Shown: positions 11,958 to 25,689 of the stretch, piece by piece
Numbering within the stretch: position 1 is the first letter of the stretch
How the letters are laid out: each line of letters starts with the position of its first letter
Assembly (NCBI GenBank): GCA_951406725.2
Contig: OX597815.1
Span: 209,312,001-209,376,000 of the forward strand
Length of the DNA stretch: 64,000 nucleotides
Direction: 5' to 3'
Source of the DNA: Octopus vulgaris
Lineage: Eukaryota
Made by a program: the position numbers and the translations under genes
The notes under the pieces: model-generated
Seen by the model: only the letters and a program-made list of their open reading frames with translations
Told to the model about the DNA's origin: nothing
Database searches by the model: none

Positions 11958-12185
11958 TACCTATTTCTTTACTACTCACAAGGGGCTAAACACAGAGGGG
12001 ACAAACAAGGACAGATAAACGGATTAAGTCGATTACATCGACCCCAGTGCGGAACTGGTACTTAATTTATCGACCCCGAAAGGATGAAAGGCAAAGTCGA
12101 CCTCGGCAGAATTTGAACTTAGAATGTAATTGCAGATTAAATATGGCTACGCATTTCGCCCAACATTTCTACCAGCTCACCGCCT
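11958..12185 (-). mobile_element. Family B SINE with TSD
   Basis: Flanked by cccttgtactta at ~11946 and ~12191. Confidence 0.8.
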
Positions 12186-12309
12186 TTTCACCCTTGTACT
12201 TAATACTTTGATAAAATGGATCTCTGTTCATCATCAGAAAGCAATCCTCTTCACATAGCCTCAGAATAGATTCAAACTAGAAAGTTTTGTTCAAGTTAAT
12301 GGTTGTTAT

Positions 12310-12468
12310 CAGGAGTGGATTGAGAGTATTAAGGGCCTTGGGCATAACAGTTCACCAGGCCCCTTAGCATTGATATCAAAGAGAGTTAACATGTAGAGTG
12401 TGGGCCCCTCAGAACTCCATGCCCTTAGGCAGTGGTGCCTGATTGACCTATGGCTCTGTCCACGCCTG
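12310..12468. mobile_element. hAT-like MITE
   Basis: Imperfect TIRs caggagtggattgag / ctctgtccacgcctg; 8-bp flanks gttgttat / gttgcaat. Confidence 0.55.
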
Positions 12469-13798
12469 GTTGCAATAGATGCGAGCAGGTTGTATGGTTA
12501 AGTAGCTCACTTTGCTAGTCTGTAATCTTGAGTTCAGTTCCACTGTGCAGTACCTTGGGCAAGTGTTTTCTATTATAGCTCTCGGTCAACTAATGCTTTC
12601 TGAGTGGATTTGGTGAATGGAAACTTTGTGGAAGCACATAAAAAGGACCCAGTACACTCTGTTAAGAGGTTGGTGTTAGGAAGGGCACCCGGCCACAGAA
12701 ACCATATCAAAACAGACAATTGGAGCCTGGTGTAGCTGTTTGGCTTGCCAGCTCCTGTCAAACCATCCTACCCATGCCAGCATGGAAAATGGAGATTAAA
12801 TGATGATGTTGATGATGATGTAGATAGATAGCTAAACAGTTAGATATAGATAGATATGTATAGATAGGAGTGTGTGTGTGTATGAGTGTGAGTGTGTGTG
12901 TGTGTGTATGAGTGTGAGTGTGAGTGTGTGTGTGCGTGTGCGTGTGTGTGTGTGTGTATGTGTGTGTGTGTAGGCCTTGTTTGTGTTTTCCCACCTCACT
13001 GCTTGACAACTGATGCTGGTTTGCTTACAGCCCCAAAACTTAGTGGTTCAGCAAAAGACACTGATAGAGTGAGTACCAGACAAATATAAATATTGGGGTT
13101 TATTTGTTCAAGAAAACCCTTCAAGATAATACCCCCAGCATGGGCTCAGTCCAGTCTTTTTGTATACCAGAGTTTACTTTGGCTACTAAAGAGGGATTTG
13201 AAAGGATATTTAGCAGCTATTTCTAGCAAGTCGAGCGACTGCATAAAGACTTCTAATAAGGGTGCCCAAGTAGGCAAGATATAATTGACTGCTGTAAGAT
13301 ATAAGAGCAGAGTGAAGTTAAGATAGATATCATTGGCTGCTAATATTGAGTTCAGTTCTTCAGACAGGTAAAACTATTTGCAATAGATCAATATTCTAAC
13401 TTTACAACTGCAGCTATGCTTTTTTTTTTCAAGCACATATTTCCAATGGTAACACCTCCATGTGATATATTTATCTGATACAGACAAATGCAAAGCATAC
13501 AAACACATGAGAATTATTTCAAAATTAGTTTCCAAGCCAAAATAGCAATTAAGAAAGACTAATCAGTTTGGAGATAAGGATAAAGGAATGACAGAATCAG
13601 TAGAGCATCAGATAACATACCTTGTGGTATTTCTTTTGAGTTTACATATAAAAGTTCAAATCTTGTTGAAGCCAATGGTGCCTTTTTATCTTTCCAAGGT
13701 TGATAAAATAAATTACCAGTTAAATACTTGGGTCCATTTCATCAACAGCAAATTTGTGCCAACATGCTATGAACTAGCATAGTACAGTAGACCCTTAA

Positions 13799-14017
13799 CC
13801 CTTTAGTATTTAAACCGGCCATATCCGTCCAAAATAGTTAATCTGTTTTATGCTCAAACTGACCAGATCCAGGCTCTCACACCTACCCTACAATATTATT
13901 TTACATTAAGTAATTACACCATCAAGATCTTGAAGATATGACATAATGCATGATTAATTCAAATCAATGGGAATCAATAGGCATTATGTTTGATTGAATA
14001 ATCTGAACACTAAAGGG
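13799..14017. mobile_element. piggyBac-type MITE
   Basis: TTAA|ccctttagtattta ... tgaacactaaaggg|TTAA. Confidence 0.85.
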
Positions 14018-14089
14018 TTAAACTCAACCAAACTGTGGGGCTCTGATGACTGGTCATGTTACTTAATGGCTGAAATATATTACTGTTGT

Positions 14090-14412
14090 AAGGTGCGTGG
14101 CTTAGTGGTTAGGGGCATTCGGCTCATGATTGTAAGGTCGTGAGTTCAATTCCTGGTGATGCATTGTGTCCTTGAGCAAGACACTTTATTTCACGTTGCT
14201 CCAGTTCACTCAGCTGGCAAAAATGAGTTGTACCTGTATTTCAAAGGGCCAGCCTTGTCACACTCTGTGTCAAGCTGAATCTCGCTGAGAACTACGTTAG
14301 GGGTACATGTGCCTGTGGATTGCTCAGTCACTTGCACTTTAATTTCACAAGCAGGCTGTTCCATTGATCGTATCAGCTGGGACCCTCGTCGTTGTAACTG
14401 ACAGAGTGCTCC
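14090..14412 (+). mobile_element. tRNA-derived SINE with Meta/V-like core (family D), 14-bp TSD
   Basis: A box tggcttagtggt, B box gagttcaattcc, core tgtgtccttgagcaagacacttt. TSD tatattactgttgt at 14076-14089 and 14413-14426. Confidence 0.85.
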
Positions 14413-15479
14413 TATATTACTGTTGTGTCAACCAGAAACTGGGTATAATACTTAGCGGCAAATCTTTATGTTCTGAGTTCAAATTCTACTGAGGTTGACT
14501 TTTGACTTTCATCCTTTTGGGGGTCGATAAAATAAGTACCAGTTGAACACTGGAGTCAATGTAATTGACTTAGCCCCTTTCCTGTAATTGTTAGCCTTGC
14601 TGCAAATTTTGAAACCAACACTATCTGACTGTAAAACTATATTATTACAAACACAGAAAATTCTAGTATTCATTTACACCTCTTCATTCACTCACCTTGT
14701 GTTTGTTTGTCTATCTCTCTCTCCACCTCTCCCCCTCTCTCCCCTTCTATCCCTCTCCCCCTCCCCTCTATCTCCATCTCTTTAAAAATAAACCTCATTA
14801 AAAGATTAAAATGGAAATGCAGAAGAAAATGAAAGACCATTTCAGCAATGCTTTGATTAAATCTATTTTGTAATCTCCATAATAAACAACAACACTGTTT
14901 CCCTGCACACAACAAAACCAAACAGTTTATTTATTTATATACAATATGGTCTTAGATGAAACTAAAGAACTGCCAAGCCATTCAACTGGACTGCTAAACA
15001 TTTAATTAGCTCACTGCATAGCATAGCTCTCTCTATTTGAGCAGAATTGATTAAGGTAACCAAATAACACTCTGAGCAACAAAATATTCACCATTCTTTG
15101 TAGCTACCAATATTTTCAATATTCTTTACAATCTTCACTACTATCCATCATTCTCAAGAATATTAGCTATTTTCTCAGTAAATGCATAACTATTTGCAGA
15201 TTATTTGTTTAAAGAACTACCAAACATTTTTTTTTTATCATAAACAAATATTTGTTAATTATTCTTCTGCTCGTTTTCTGGTTTCTGATATTTCTGTTTG
15301 TTTATTCATAGAATGGCATCAAAACAAAAATAAAAAAATTGGTTTTCAAGCGAAAATTGACATATTTTGGTAATATTTACTGCTGGTCATTTGATGGTGT
15401 CGAGCGGACAAGCAGGGCATGGAAATGGAAGAATCCTTAGAGCATCGGAAAAACTGCTTTGAAGTATTTGCTCTAACTC

Positions 15480-15712
15480 TCTTTTACTTTCTTTTACTTG
15501 TTTCAGTCATTTGATTGTGGCCATGCTGGAGCACCGCCTTTAATCGAGCGAATTCACCCCACGACTCATTGTTTGTAAGCCTAGTACTTATTCTATCGGT
15601 CGCTTTTGCTGAACCGCTAAGTTATGGGGACGTAACACACCAACATCGGCTGTCAAGTGATGTTGGGGGGTGGGACAAACACAGACACACAAACACATAT
15701 ATATACACACAC

Positions 15713-15758
<46 letters not shown>

Positions 15759-15821
15759 GGCGGTGCCCCAGTATGGCCACAGCTTGTGAGCTGAAACTAA
15801 ATAAAATAAAAAATTAAAAAA

Positions 15822-15886
<65 letters not shown>

Positions 15887-16051
15887 TATGATAGGCTTCT
15901 TTCAGTTTCTGTCTACCAAATCCACTCACAAGGCTTTGGTCGGCCCGAGGCTATAGCAGAAGACACTTGCCCAAGGTGCCATGCAGTGGGACTGAACCTG
16001 GAACCATGTGGTTGGTAAGCAGGCTACTTACCACACAGCCACTCCTACGCC
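15480..16051 (-). mobile_element. Family A SINE with a CR1 tail (15755-15825, +) nested in its (TA)n
   Basis: aaatggcggtgccccagtatggccacagcttgtgagctgaaactaaataaaataaaa matches the CR1 3' end at 3790-3856. Confidence 0.8.
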
Positions 16052-16377
16052 TTTATGTTCTGAGTTCAAATCCTGCCAAAGTCCACCTTGCCTTTCATCC
16101 TTTTAGAGCTGACAAAAAAAAAAAGCACCTGTGAAGTAAAAGGGGACAATAGTATTGATTAGAAACGATTTATGCTGGGCAAGCATCAATATGAGGGATT
16201 GTGTTGGCAGTAAGCAGATGCTGCGGAACAATAAATGGCTTATTTACTTCTATCAATCCTGCTGAAAACTGCCCAGGTCTCACCATAGTAATAAGCACTT
16301 GCACAGAACTCAACAACATCAACCTGATGGCACAAAGAGAACCAACAAGAACGCTTCTATAATCTGATTCATTGCAT

Positions 16378-16562
16378 TCTCCTCCTCCTCCTCCTTCTCC
16401 TCCTCCTTTCACCTCCCATCCTCCCCCTTTCACCTCCCCTCCTCCCCCTTTCACCTCCCCTCCTCCTCCCCCTCTGCGGCCGCCGCCGCCGCCGCCACCA
16501 CCACTGCCGCCGCCGCCACCACTGCCGCCACCGCCGCCACCACCACCACCACCACCACCACC

Positions 16563-16617
<55 letters not shown>

Positions 16618-16633
16618 CCATCATTAGCATCAA

Positions 16634-16687
<54 letters not shown>

Positions 16688-16714
16688 TAGCATCATTATC
16701 ATCATCATCATCAT
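16378..16714. repeat. Compound trinucleotide microsatellite (CCT)(CCG)(CCA)(TCA)
   Basis: Read directly; G-rich on the minus strand. Confidence 0.9.
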
Positions 16715-17372
16715 TGTTTTACCGTTTACTTTTTCTATGCAGGAATGAGGACAGAAACAGGTGTGTTGTTGTAGAGGAGATATATGGTTTACCAATCAGA
16801 GGAAGAGAGTAAGAGAGAGAGAGAGCAAGAGAGAGAGAGAGAGATAAAGAAAGACAGAGAGAGAGAGAGAGAGAGATCAATAATGAGAGTGAGGGTGGAA
16901 GAGTGCAAGAGACGTTGCATGCAACGTTGTTTTCCATTCACTTGTTTGCAGTAGATTTTGTTTACATAATTTCTCTTACAATAAATTAATAAATATGTTG
17001 AATATACAGATAATTAAAGCAAAACAACAAACCACTATAATGCAAAAAAACAAAAACAATAACAACAAAACAAAATAAAAAGAAATAGTTATGAAACCTG
17101 TTCTTTAACAACATCACATGCTCCTTTTTCTAAAGCAACATATTTTTTCGGACTAGCAAATTTACTGAATCCTTAAATAATCAGCTTTTAATTACATTTA
17201 CCCCCCCCATTATTATTATTATTATTTTTATTTTTTTTATTTTTTAAGTTCAACATCTAATTGGGAACTGAATTAGTAGTTACTGGTACTTTAATGCAAT
17301 TCCTTGGTACACTTTGTAATGTTTCTGCTGACACAAATAAGTCAGAATTTCAAGTTGGAAAACCTCAAGAAA

Positions 17373-17397
17373 TACATACATACATACATACATACAT

Positions 17398-17430
<33 letters not shown>

Positions 17431-18150
17431 TACATACATACATACATACATACATACATACATACATACATACATACATACATACATACATACATTCATA
17501 CATGCATGCATGCATACATACATACATGCATGCATGCATGCATGCATACATACATATATGCATGCATGCATGCATGCATACATACATATAGACACACACA
17601 CATACATACATACATACATACATACATACATACATACATGCATGCATGCATACATACATATAGACACACACACATACATACATACATACATACATATACA
17701 ATTCATATATATATATATAAGTATATACTTACATATATTCATACATACACACACACATATATATATATACATATATACGTATATACATACATACATACAT
17801 ACACATATATATATATATATATATGTATATACACACACATACAGATACACATATATAGATATATACACACATATATATGGATATATATGTATATATATGT
17901 AAATATATATACATATATATATATACATATATACATATATATATTTGTAAATATATATACATTCATACATATATATATGTATATTCATATACTGTATATC
18001 TCTCGCTCAGAGATATAAAGCAAGTTGTTTTTCTCTATATGCACACACACACACACACACACACAGAGACACACACACACACACATACACACATATACAT
18101 ACATATGTGTGCGGATGTGTGTGTGTGTGTGTGGTTGTGTATGTGTATTT
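17373..18150. repeat. (TACA)n/(CATG)n/(TA)n/(CA)n microsatellite block
   Basis: Read directly. Confidence 0.9.
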
Positions 18151-18564
18151 GTAAATTTCCTACAGCTTTTTAATCAAAACCATTCAATTAAAATTTGAAA
18201 TAATTATCAAAATTTAGAGAAAGCGGTAATTAATATACATTGGACAGAAAGGCTATAAAACAGAGATGGTGCATTGAATGTCTTGTACTTGTTGCCCACA
18301 GTAATTAAAGCAATAATTCTATTTCAAACATGGCAGACTACTGAATTACAATTAAATGCTCAACACTGATTCATTTTTATAAAGCCTATACATTTTTCAT
18401 TTTGGTTTGAAGACAATATTGATTGTTTTAATTAATTACAATAGATCACATTTTTTATTATTATTATCACTAAAAATAATCTTTATTTTTGGTTCATGGA
18501 ACTGACCTACAGGACTTTGCAGAATACATCAAGTAACTGTAGTTAATATATGAAGCACATAAAA

Positions 18565-18775
18565 GCGGAAAGCTGGCAGAGTTGTTAACAGACCAGGCAA
18601 AATGCTTAGCAGCATTTCATCAGTTTTTACATTCTGAGTTCAAATGTTGCTGAGGTCAGTTTTGCCTTTCATCCTTTTGGGGTCGATAAATGAAGTTCCA
18701 GTGAAACACCAAAGTCAATGTAATCGACTAGCCCCCTCCCCACAAATTTCAGGCTTTGTACCTTTAGTAGAAGGG
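18565..18775 (+). mobile_element. Family B SINE (alternative 3' tail)
   Basis: Family B body followed by gccccctccccacaaatttcaggctttgtacctttagtagaa. Confidence 0.7.
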
Positions 18776-19121
18776 ATTATTATCATTATTTTTGTATTTT
18801 GGGATGGTCATTTTAAACATTTTTGCCAAATAAACACACACTATATATTTATTTCTTACTTATTTATTACTGTTTTTATTTTTTTTATTTTTATTTTAAC
18901 TCATGTCCATTGTTTGGAACATCTTAGAAGAACAGAATGGTGTAATTGGAGTAAGAGCATACGTGAAAATGAAAAGTATCACTGAAGAGGTCACAGATGT
19001 GTGACGAAAAAATTGCTGGACAATGGACATGAGTTAAAAATAAAAATAAAATAAGAACAATAATAAATGAATAAAGAACTAATATATAGTGCATGTGTTT
19101 ATTTGGCCCCCCAAAAATGAC

Positions 19122-19277
19122 CAGGAGTGGCTGTATGGTAAGATGCTTGCTTCCCAACCACATGGTTCCGGGTTCAGTCCCACTGCATGGCACCTTGGGC
19201 AAGTGTCTTCTACTATAGCCTTGGGCCAATCAAAGCCTTGTAAGTGAATTTGTTAGAAAGAATCGCAAAAAGCCTCT

Positions 19278-19323
<46 letters not shown>

Positions 19324-19358
19324 TGTATGTATATATACATATATGCTTTGGTCTCTCG

Positions 19359-19423
<65 letters not shown>

Positions 19424-19650
19424 TGTATGTATGTATGTATGTATGTATATATCTGTGTGTGTCTGTGCTTGTCCCTCCACTATTGCTTGACCACTGATGT
19501 TGGTGTGTCCCCGTAACTTAGCAGTTTGGCAAAAGAACCCAATAGAATAAGTACTAGGCTTACAAAGAATAAGTCCTCAGGTCGATTTCTTTGACTAAAG
19601 GCGGTGCTCCAGCATGGCCGCAGTCAAATGACTGAAACAAGTGAAAGAAT
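19122..19650 (+). mobile_element. Family A SINE
   Basis: Full head, core and tail with expanded internal microsatellite. Confidence 0.85.
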
Positions 19651-19788
19651 ACAAATAAATCCTGAAATACATTAATATCTGTTTCAACACATGATTTGAC
19701 ATCAGGTATCATGCATTACAAATTGATAATCATAATTATTATTATTATTATCATTATTAATATTATCATCATTATCATTATCATTATT

Positions 19789-19827
<39 letters not shown>

Positions 19828-21010
19828 CAGTAGTTTTATTTTTATAGCATGCTTTCACTTCACTATTCTGTGTGCTTGGGTATGTGCTGTGAGTGCTTTC
19901 ACTTCACTACGAGCCAGCTCTGTGTGCCTTGGGTATGTGCTGTGATTTGTTGTGATGCTCTGATGGTTATTGTATGGAAAGTGTTCTGCGTAGGATGTGT
20001 GCAGTGCCTAGTAGTGCAATTTTCTGTATGTTATATGTGTTTGTAAGTCCTGGTGTTTTTGTTATGTATTTGTCTGAATATTTTTTTATCATGCCTAATG
20101 CACCTACTATGATAGGAATTGTTTCTGTTTTCAGATTCCACATTCTAGTTACCTCTATTTCCAGGTCTTTGTATTTTGAGAGTTTCTCCATTTCTTTTAG
20201 AGACACGTTGTCATCAGCCGGTATTGATACATCAATTAGAAAGCATTCTTTTTCTTCATGATCTCTGACAACTATATCTGGTCTGTTGGCCTTAATTTCT
20301 CTATCTGTGTGTATCGGCATATCCCAGAGTATGGTTGCTTTCTCGTTTTCTGTGACCTTTTCTGGTGTGTGCCTATACCATCTTTTTTCTGTTGTTATTC
20401 CATAATGTTGGCATAGCTTCCAATGTATGTAGGTTCCAACTCTGTCATGTCTGTGAACATATTCCTTCTTAGCCAAGACTGGGCAGCTAGAGATAATATG
20501 ATTTATTGTTTCTTGTCCATCTCCACATATTCTGCAGTTACTTGTAATATTTCTTTTCATTACATGTTTTTGGTAATTTCTGGTGGGGAGGCTTTGGTCT
20601 TGTGCTGCAATTAAAAATCCCTCTGTTTCTGCTTTGAGTCCTGAGCTTCTCAACCATTGCTGGGATTTTTCTTTGTCTATTTCTTTTGCGTTTAGTTTAG
20701 TCCAGTATTTACCATGAAGGGGCTTTTCTTGCCATCGTTTTATCATGGTTCGTTGCTGTTCTATTTTTAGTTTGGATTTCATTTGTTTTATAGCTTTTGT
20801 TGTTTCTTCATCTTCTTCTTCTTCTTCTTCATGTTTATTAGGTGGTATGATTTCTTGTTTGTATTTGTCAGCTTCCTTAAATACTGAAAACAGTTTTTTG
20901 TTTTGCTCGTGTTTTGCCGCTATCTGGATCAGTTTTCCTTCCTTCTGAAGTAGATATTTTTGCAGTCCTATGGTGGTTATTTTATAGTAGTTTTCCAGCT
21001 GTATAAGGCC
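19828..21010 (-). mobile_element. R4/Dong-clade non-LTR retrotransposon, 5'-truncated, inserted in (TAA)n
   Basis: Frame is open from 21010 to 19967: GLIQLE..., LHGKYW, EGFLIAAQDQ, CCHC knuckle CRIC..ETINHIISSC, RHD, and restriction-like endonuclease NRPDIVV..IDVSIP..EKLSKY. (TTA)n on both flanks. Confidence 0.9.
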
Positions 21011-21534
21011 TTATTATTATTATTATTATTATTATAATAATAATAATAATTATTATTATAATTATTATAATAATAATAATAATTATTATTATTATCATTA
21101 TTATTATTATTATTATTATCCTTATTTGAACAGCTGTTATCAAACATAGTACAGACCTAACAATCACTGAAATCCATTGTAAAGACTGAAATATCACCAT
21201 GTATTAGTACTCCTTAATGGCACAGCCATGCATGTGTCATTCTGTTGCTTGCATACAAAGTGCAATACTGCATGGTAACAAAACAAGGGCATTAAATGTT
21301 AAAGATGTGCAAAACCTAGTCAAGAATGAGGTGAGCATGAATGCGTAATGTTAGTGTACATCAGTGGTTCCCAAACTTTTTCAGGTAGCTGCCCCTTTGG
21401 TAATCAGGCCACATTCCTAGCACCTCCACCTCACTCACCACCACAAATGTAGACCATTTTCTACAACAATTTCAAAACAATTGCATTTCATAAATAAAAA
21501 TTAACCTAATCAACCCATTATTTTTTTGTTTTTT

Positions 21535-21800
21535 GGTAGACAGAAACTAAAAGAATATATGTATATGTATATATATATGTGTGTATGTGTGTTTGTGTTT
21601 GTCCCCCCAACATCACTTCACAACTGATGCTGATGTGTTTATGTCCCCGTAACTTAGCAGTTTGGCAAAAGAGTCCGATAGAATAAGTACTAGGCTTACA
21701 AAGAATAAGTCCTTGGGTCGATTTGCTCGACTAAAAGTGGTGCTCCAGCATGGCCACAGTCAAATGACTGAAACAAGTAAAAGAGTAAAAGAGTAAAGAG
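21535..21800 (+). mobile_element. Family A SINE, 3' half
   Basis: Tail ...gtcaaatgactgaaacaagtaaaagagtaaaagag. Confidence 0.8.
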
Positions 21801-22169
21801 TATCCATTACCCACCTTTTGGCCACTCCATTAACACTCCATTTTTCTTCAACACCACCCTGGAACTTTCGATTACCTTCAGGTAGGCAGCACAGCTCCCT
21901 TTGGGAACCACAGGTGTACATGAACATCAAGGCACAAATGGGCCAAGTGCAGTTGGACATATGAGGGAATCGTTTGTAGTATGCAAGAAAGAAGGCTATG
22001 AGGATGTTGCAAATGTATTATACAAATGAGAGATAATAGTTTAAGTGTAGAAGTGCCAAATGATCTAAGCAGAAGGAGCCTGTGGGAAAAAAAGAGCAAA
22101 AAGGGAAAGGAAGAAGAGGTGAAAATTGATCTCAGGGGCCTGAACCTCAAAAGAGGGAATAAATGACTC

Positions 22170-22557
22170 TCTTTTTTTTACTCTTTTACTTGTTTCAGTC
22201 ATTTGACTGTGGCCATGCTGGAGCACCACCTTTAGTCGAACACATCGACCCCAGGACTTATTCTTTGTAAGCCCAGTACTTATTCTATCGGTCTCTTTTG
22301 CCGAACCACTAAGTGATGGGGACATAAACACACCAGCATCAGTTGTCAAGCAATGCTGGGGGGACAAACACAGACACACAAACATATGTATACATATATA
22401 CGATGGGCTTCTTTTCAGTTTCCGTCTACCAAATCCACTCACAAGGCATTGGTCGGCCTGAGGCTATAGAAGAAGACACTTGCCCAAGGTGCCACGCAGT
22501 GGGACTGAACCTGGAACCGTGTGGTTGGTAAGCAAGCTACTTACCACACAGCCACTC
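22170..22557 (-). mobile_element. Family A SINE
   Basis: Full copy. Confidence 0.85.
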
Positions 22558-24035
22558 TGATGAAAAGTATGATAATGTGCTGGAGAAAACTTATCTAATC
22601 CATGCAAGAATGGAAAACAGACTTAGAAATGATATGGAGGATAATATCAGAAGAAACTAAAGGAATCTGAAAATAAAATTCATTATTTGATAATAAAAGG
22701 AAAATATACCCATTTTTTTTTTCTTTTTTACGAATGTCGTTGATTTTGAGAGAGTCCTTTATATATTTCAATTATATATTTAATTAAAATATAAAAGTTT
22801 TTTAATCAAAATATATGTGTATAAGTGTAATGATATATACATATATATTTATATACACATGCATATATACATACATATATATATATATATATATGTACAT
22901 ACATACATCATCATCATCATCATCATCGTTTAGCGTCCGTATGACACATACACACACACACACACACACATATACATATGTTTTTGTATATATACATATT
23001 TACATACATAAATTCATAAGCACATGCCTACATATAACAGAGGATTTTTTTCTTTGATATGAAAGTAATTATGGTGCTACAAAAGGTTTTTGAGTTTCCT
23101 AACATTTTTATCATGATAAAGGACAACATCAACAGAATTTAAGCCACTATTTGACAAGCACAGCACATTCTATTGTGCAACATGACTCAAAATGATTCCA
23201 TTCTCTGACAGCAACCATTTTAATTCTTTCATTTTTTTTTACGACTTTTTGTTTTTTTTCCTAATTCTATCTCTAATTTTCATTGAATTTATTTCCTTAT
23301 TTTTTTCCCTTTAAATATTTCAAAAAAAAAAAATTTATATCATTTTTATTAAAGAAATAAAAGACTGATTTGATTGGATATTCCACTTTCCTTATTTATT
23401 TATTTATTTATTTATTTATCCATTTATCTATTTATCTATCCCTCTTACTCTCTCTCTGTTTCGTTCTTTCGTTCTTTCTTTCTTTCGTTCTTTCTTTCTC
23501 CACCTCTCTCTTTTTAATCATATATGTTCTATCTATTACAAATACTGCTATTCTTTGCAGTCCGCTAATTAAAAATATAAAATGTCATTTTAGTCTGCTT
23601 ATTAAAAATATATAAAAAAGTAAAAAAAAAAAAAGGCCTCTCATTTCTAAAAAAAAAAAATTTTTTTTGTTTAATTTTGATTTTTTTCATCTATTTTGTT
23701 CTTCTTCTTCAACATGCTGATTTGCAGGAATTAGTTATTTTGCTTGGTTAGAGATATTGTGACATTAATGTGGCAAGTTGGCAGCAGGAATGGCTCTTCA
23801 CATAATGTTCAGCAGCGGTGAAGAAAGACAGGCATTGCTATGATTGCACCTGAGAGCAAAATTACATATTTACAATTCTTTTCCTGACTATATTACCTTT
23901 TTGCTTTTTCTTTTTATTTTCCCCAGCCCCCCACACCAATGTTCTTTTTTTTTTTTTTGTCCACTTATAAAATATCTACCATGTTATGAAAGAACACTGG
24001 TGTATGAAGAATGTCTTGCACTGAAATGAAGTCAG

Positions 24036-24210
24036 TTGTTGTTGTTGTTGTTGTTGTTGTTATTGTTATTATCATTTATTTATTTTTTGCTGAAACTTTT
24101 CCTCTTCATTATCACTGTCATCATCACCACCATCATCATTGACATAATCATCATCATCGTCATCATCGTCGTCATCATCATCATCATCATCATCATCGTC
24201 GTCGTCGTCG

Positions 24211-24246
<36 letters not shown>

Positions 24247-24442
24247 AGAGCAACAGCAGCAGCAACAAAAGTATCTCCTCCCCCTCCTCATCCTCCACCT
24301 TCTGTTCTTTTTCTCCTCCCTTCTTCTTCTTCTTCTTCTTTCATCATCTCCTTCATCTCCTCCTCCTCCTCCATCATCAGAAAGATAAGTACCTTCATCA
24401 TCCTTATCCTCGTTATCATCACCCTCCTCCTCCTCCTCCTCC

Positions 24443-24473
<31 letters not shown>

Positions 24474-24545
24474 CACCACCACCACCACCACCACCACCAT
24501 CATCATCACCATCATCATCATCAACATCATCCACATGATTCATCC
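24036..24545. repeat. Compound trinucleotide microsatellite (TTG/CAT/CTT/CCT/CAC)
   Basis: Read directly. Confidence 0.85.
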
Positions 24546-24937
24546 CCCATCAAACTCTTCTCCGCACCTCCACCCACTCCTTTCACACCCATGCCTCTTC
24601 TATAATTTGCTTTCTCGTGTTTGTTTCGTATTCGCTTTTCGTCAAACAAAAGCAGAAATAAGACAAGGTGTAGCTGTTGTTTAGCAACTCCTCCTACCCT
24701 CAAAGTTTACCTCCAAGCAAGCAAACCAATGATAGAATTGTCTTCCAACTCTGACCATCCTGTCTCTTTATAGTCTTTCATATTCTATAGTTGCATGGTT
24801 AATAATCCTTGTAAGAGATTCGTAATAATATATATATATATATATATACTATATTAAGTTACCCAAGGTGTCATGCAGTGGGACTGAACCCAGAACCATG
24901 TTGTTGGTAAGCAAACAATTTACCACACAGCCACTCC

Positions 24938-25685
24938 TTAATTTATTGACCCCCGAAAGGATGAAAAACAAAGTCAACCTTGGTGGAATTTGAACTAAGA
25001 GTGTAAAGACATGAAATACTGCTAAGTATTTCACCCAGCATGCTAACGTTTCTTATTTCTTTATTGCCCACAAGGGGCTAAACATAGAGGGGACAAACAA
25101 AGACAGACAAAGGCATAAAGTCGATTACATCGACCCCAGTGCATAACTGGTACTTAATTTATTGACCCCAAAAGGATGAAAGGCAAAGTTGACCTTGGCG
25201 GAATTTGAACTCAGAACGTAAAGGCAGACGAAATACCTATTTCTTTACTACCCACAAGGGGCTAAACATAGAGGGGACAAACAAAGACAGACAAAGGCAT
25301 AAAGTCGATTACATCGACCCCAGTGCATAACTGGTACTTAATTTATTGACCCCAAAAGGATGAAAGGCAAAGTTGACCTTGGCGGAATTTGAACTCAGAA
25401 CGTAAAGGCAGACGAAATACCTATTTCTTTACTACCCACAAGGGCTAAACATAGAGAGGACAAACAAGGACAGACAAATGCATAAAGTCGATTATATCGA
25501 CCCCAGTGCGTAACTGGTACTTAATTTATTGACCCCGAAAGGATGAAAGGCAAAGCCGACCTTGGCGAAATTTGAACTCAGAACGTAACGGCAGACGAAA
25601 TACCGTTAAGCATTTCCTCCAGCATGTTAACGATTCTGCCGGTGCGCCGCCTTGAGCATGCTAATGTTTCTGCCAGCTTGCTGTC
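24938..25685 (-). mobile_element. Tandem trimer of family B SINE (184-bp period) nested in an older family B copy
   Basis: Units start at 25054, 25238 and 25422. agcatgctaa(c/t)gtttct is duplicated on both sides. Confidence 0.85.
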
Positions 25686-25689
25686 TTCA

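Noticed and set aside
14690-14720. Minus-strand donor CAAG|GTGAGT
   Set aside because: Upstream sequence is a low-complexity GA tract; no exon support.
16372-16812. Poly-Pro/Ser formin- or extensin-like ORF
   Set aside because: Pure trinucleotide repeat with no domain or credible splice context.
21362-21400. hAT-like end cagtggttcccaaactttt (similar lone ends near 52920 and 56610)
   Set aside because: No matching partner TIR or TSD found.
23740-23865. Minus-strand acceptor ttttgctctcag|g as a coding exon
   Set aside because: All three frames stop within ~50 nt.
25054-25620. CRISPR-like array
   Set aside because: Tandem SINE units without unique spacers, in a eukaryotic context.
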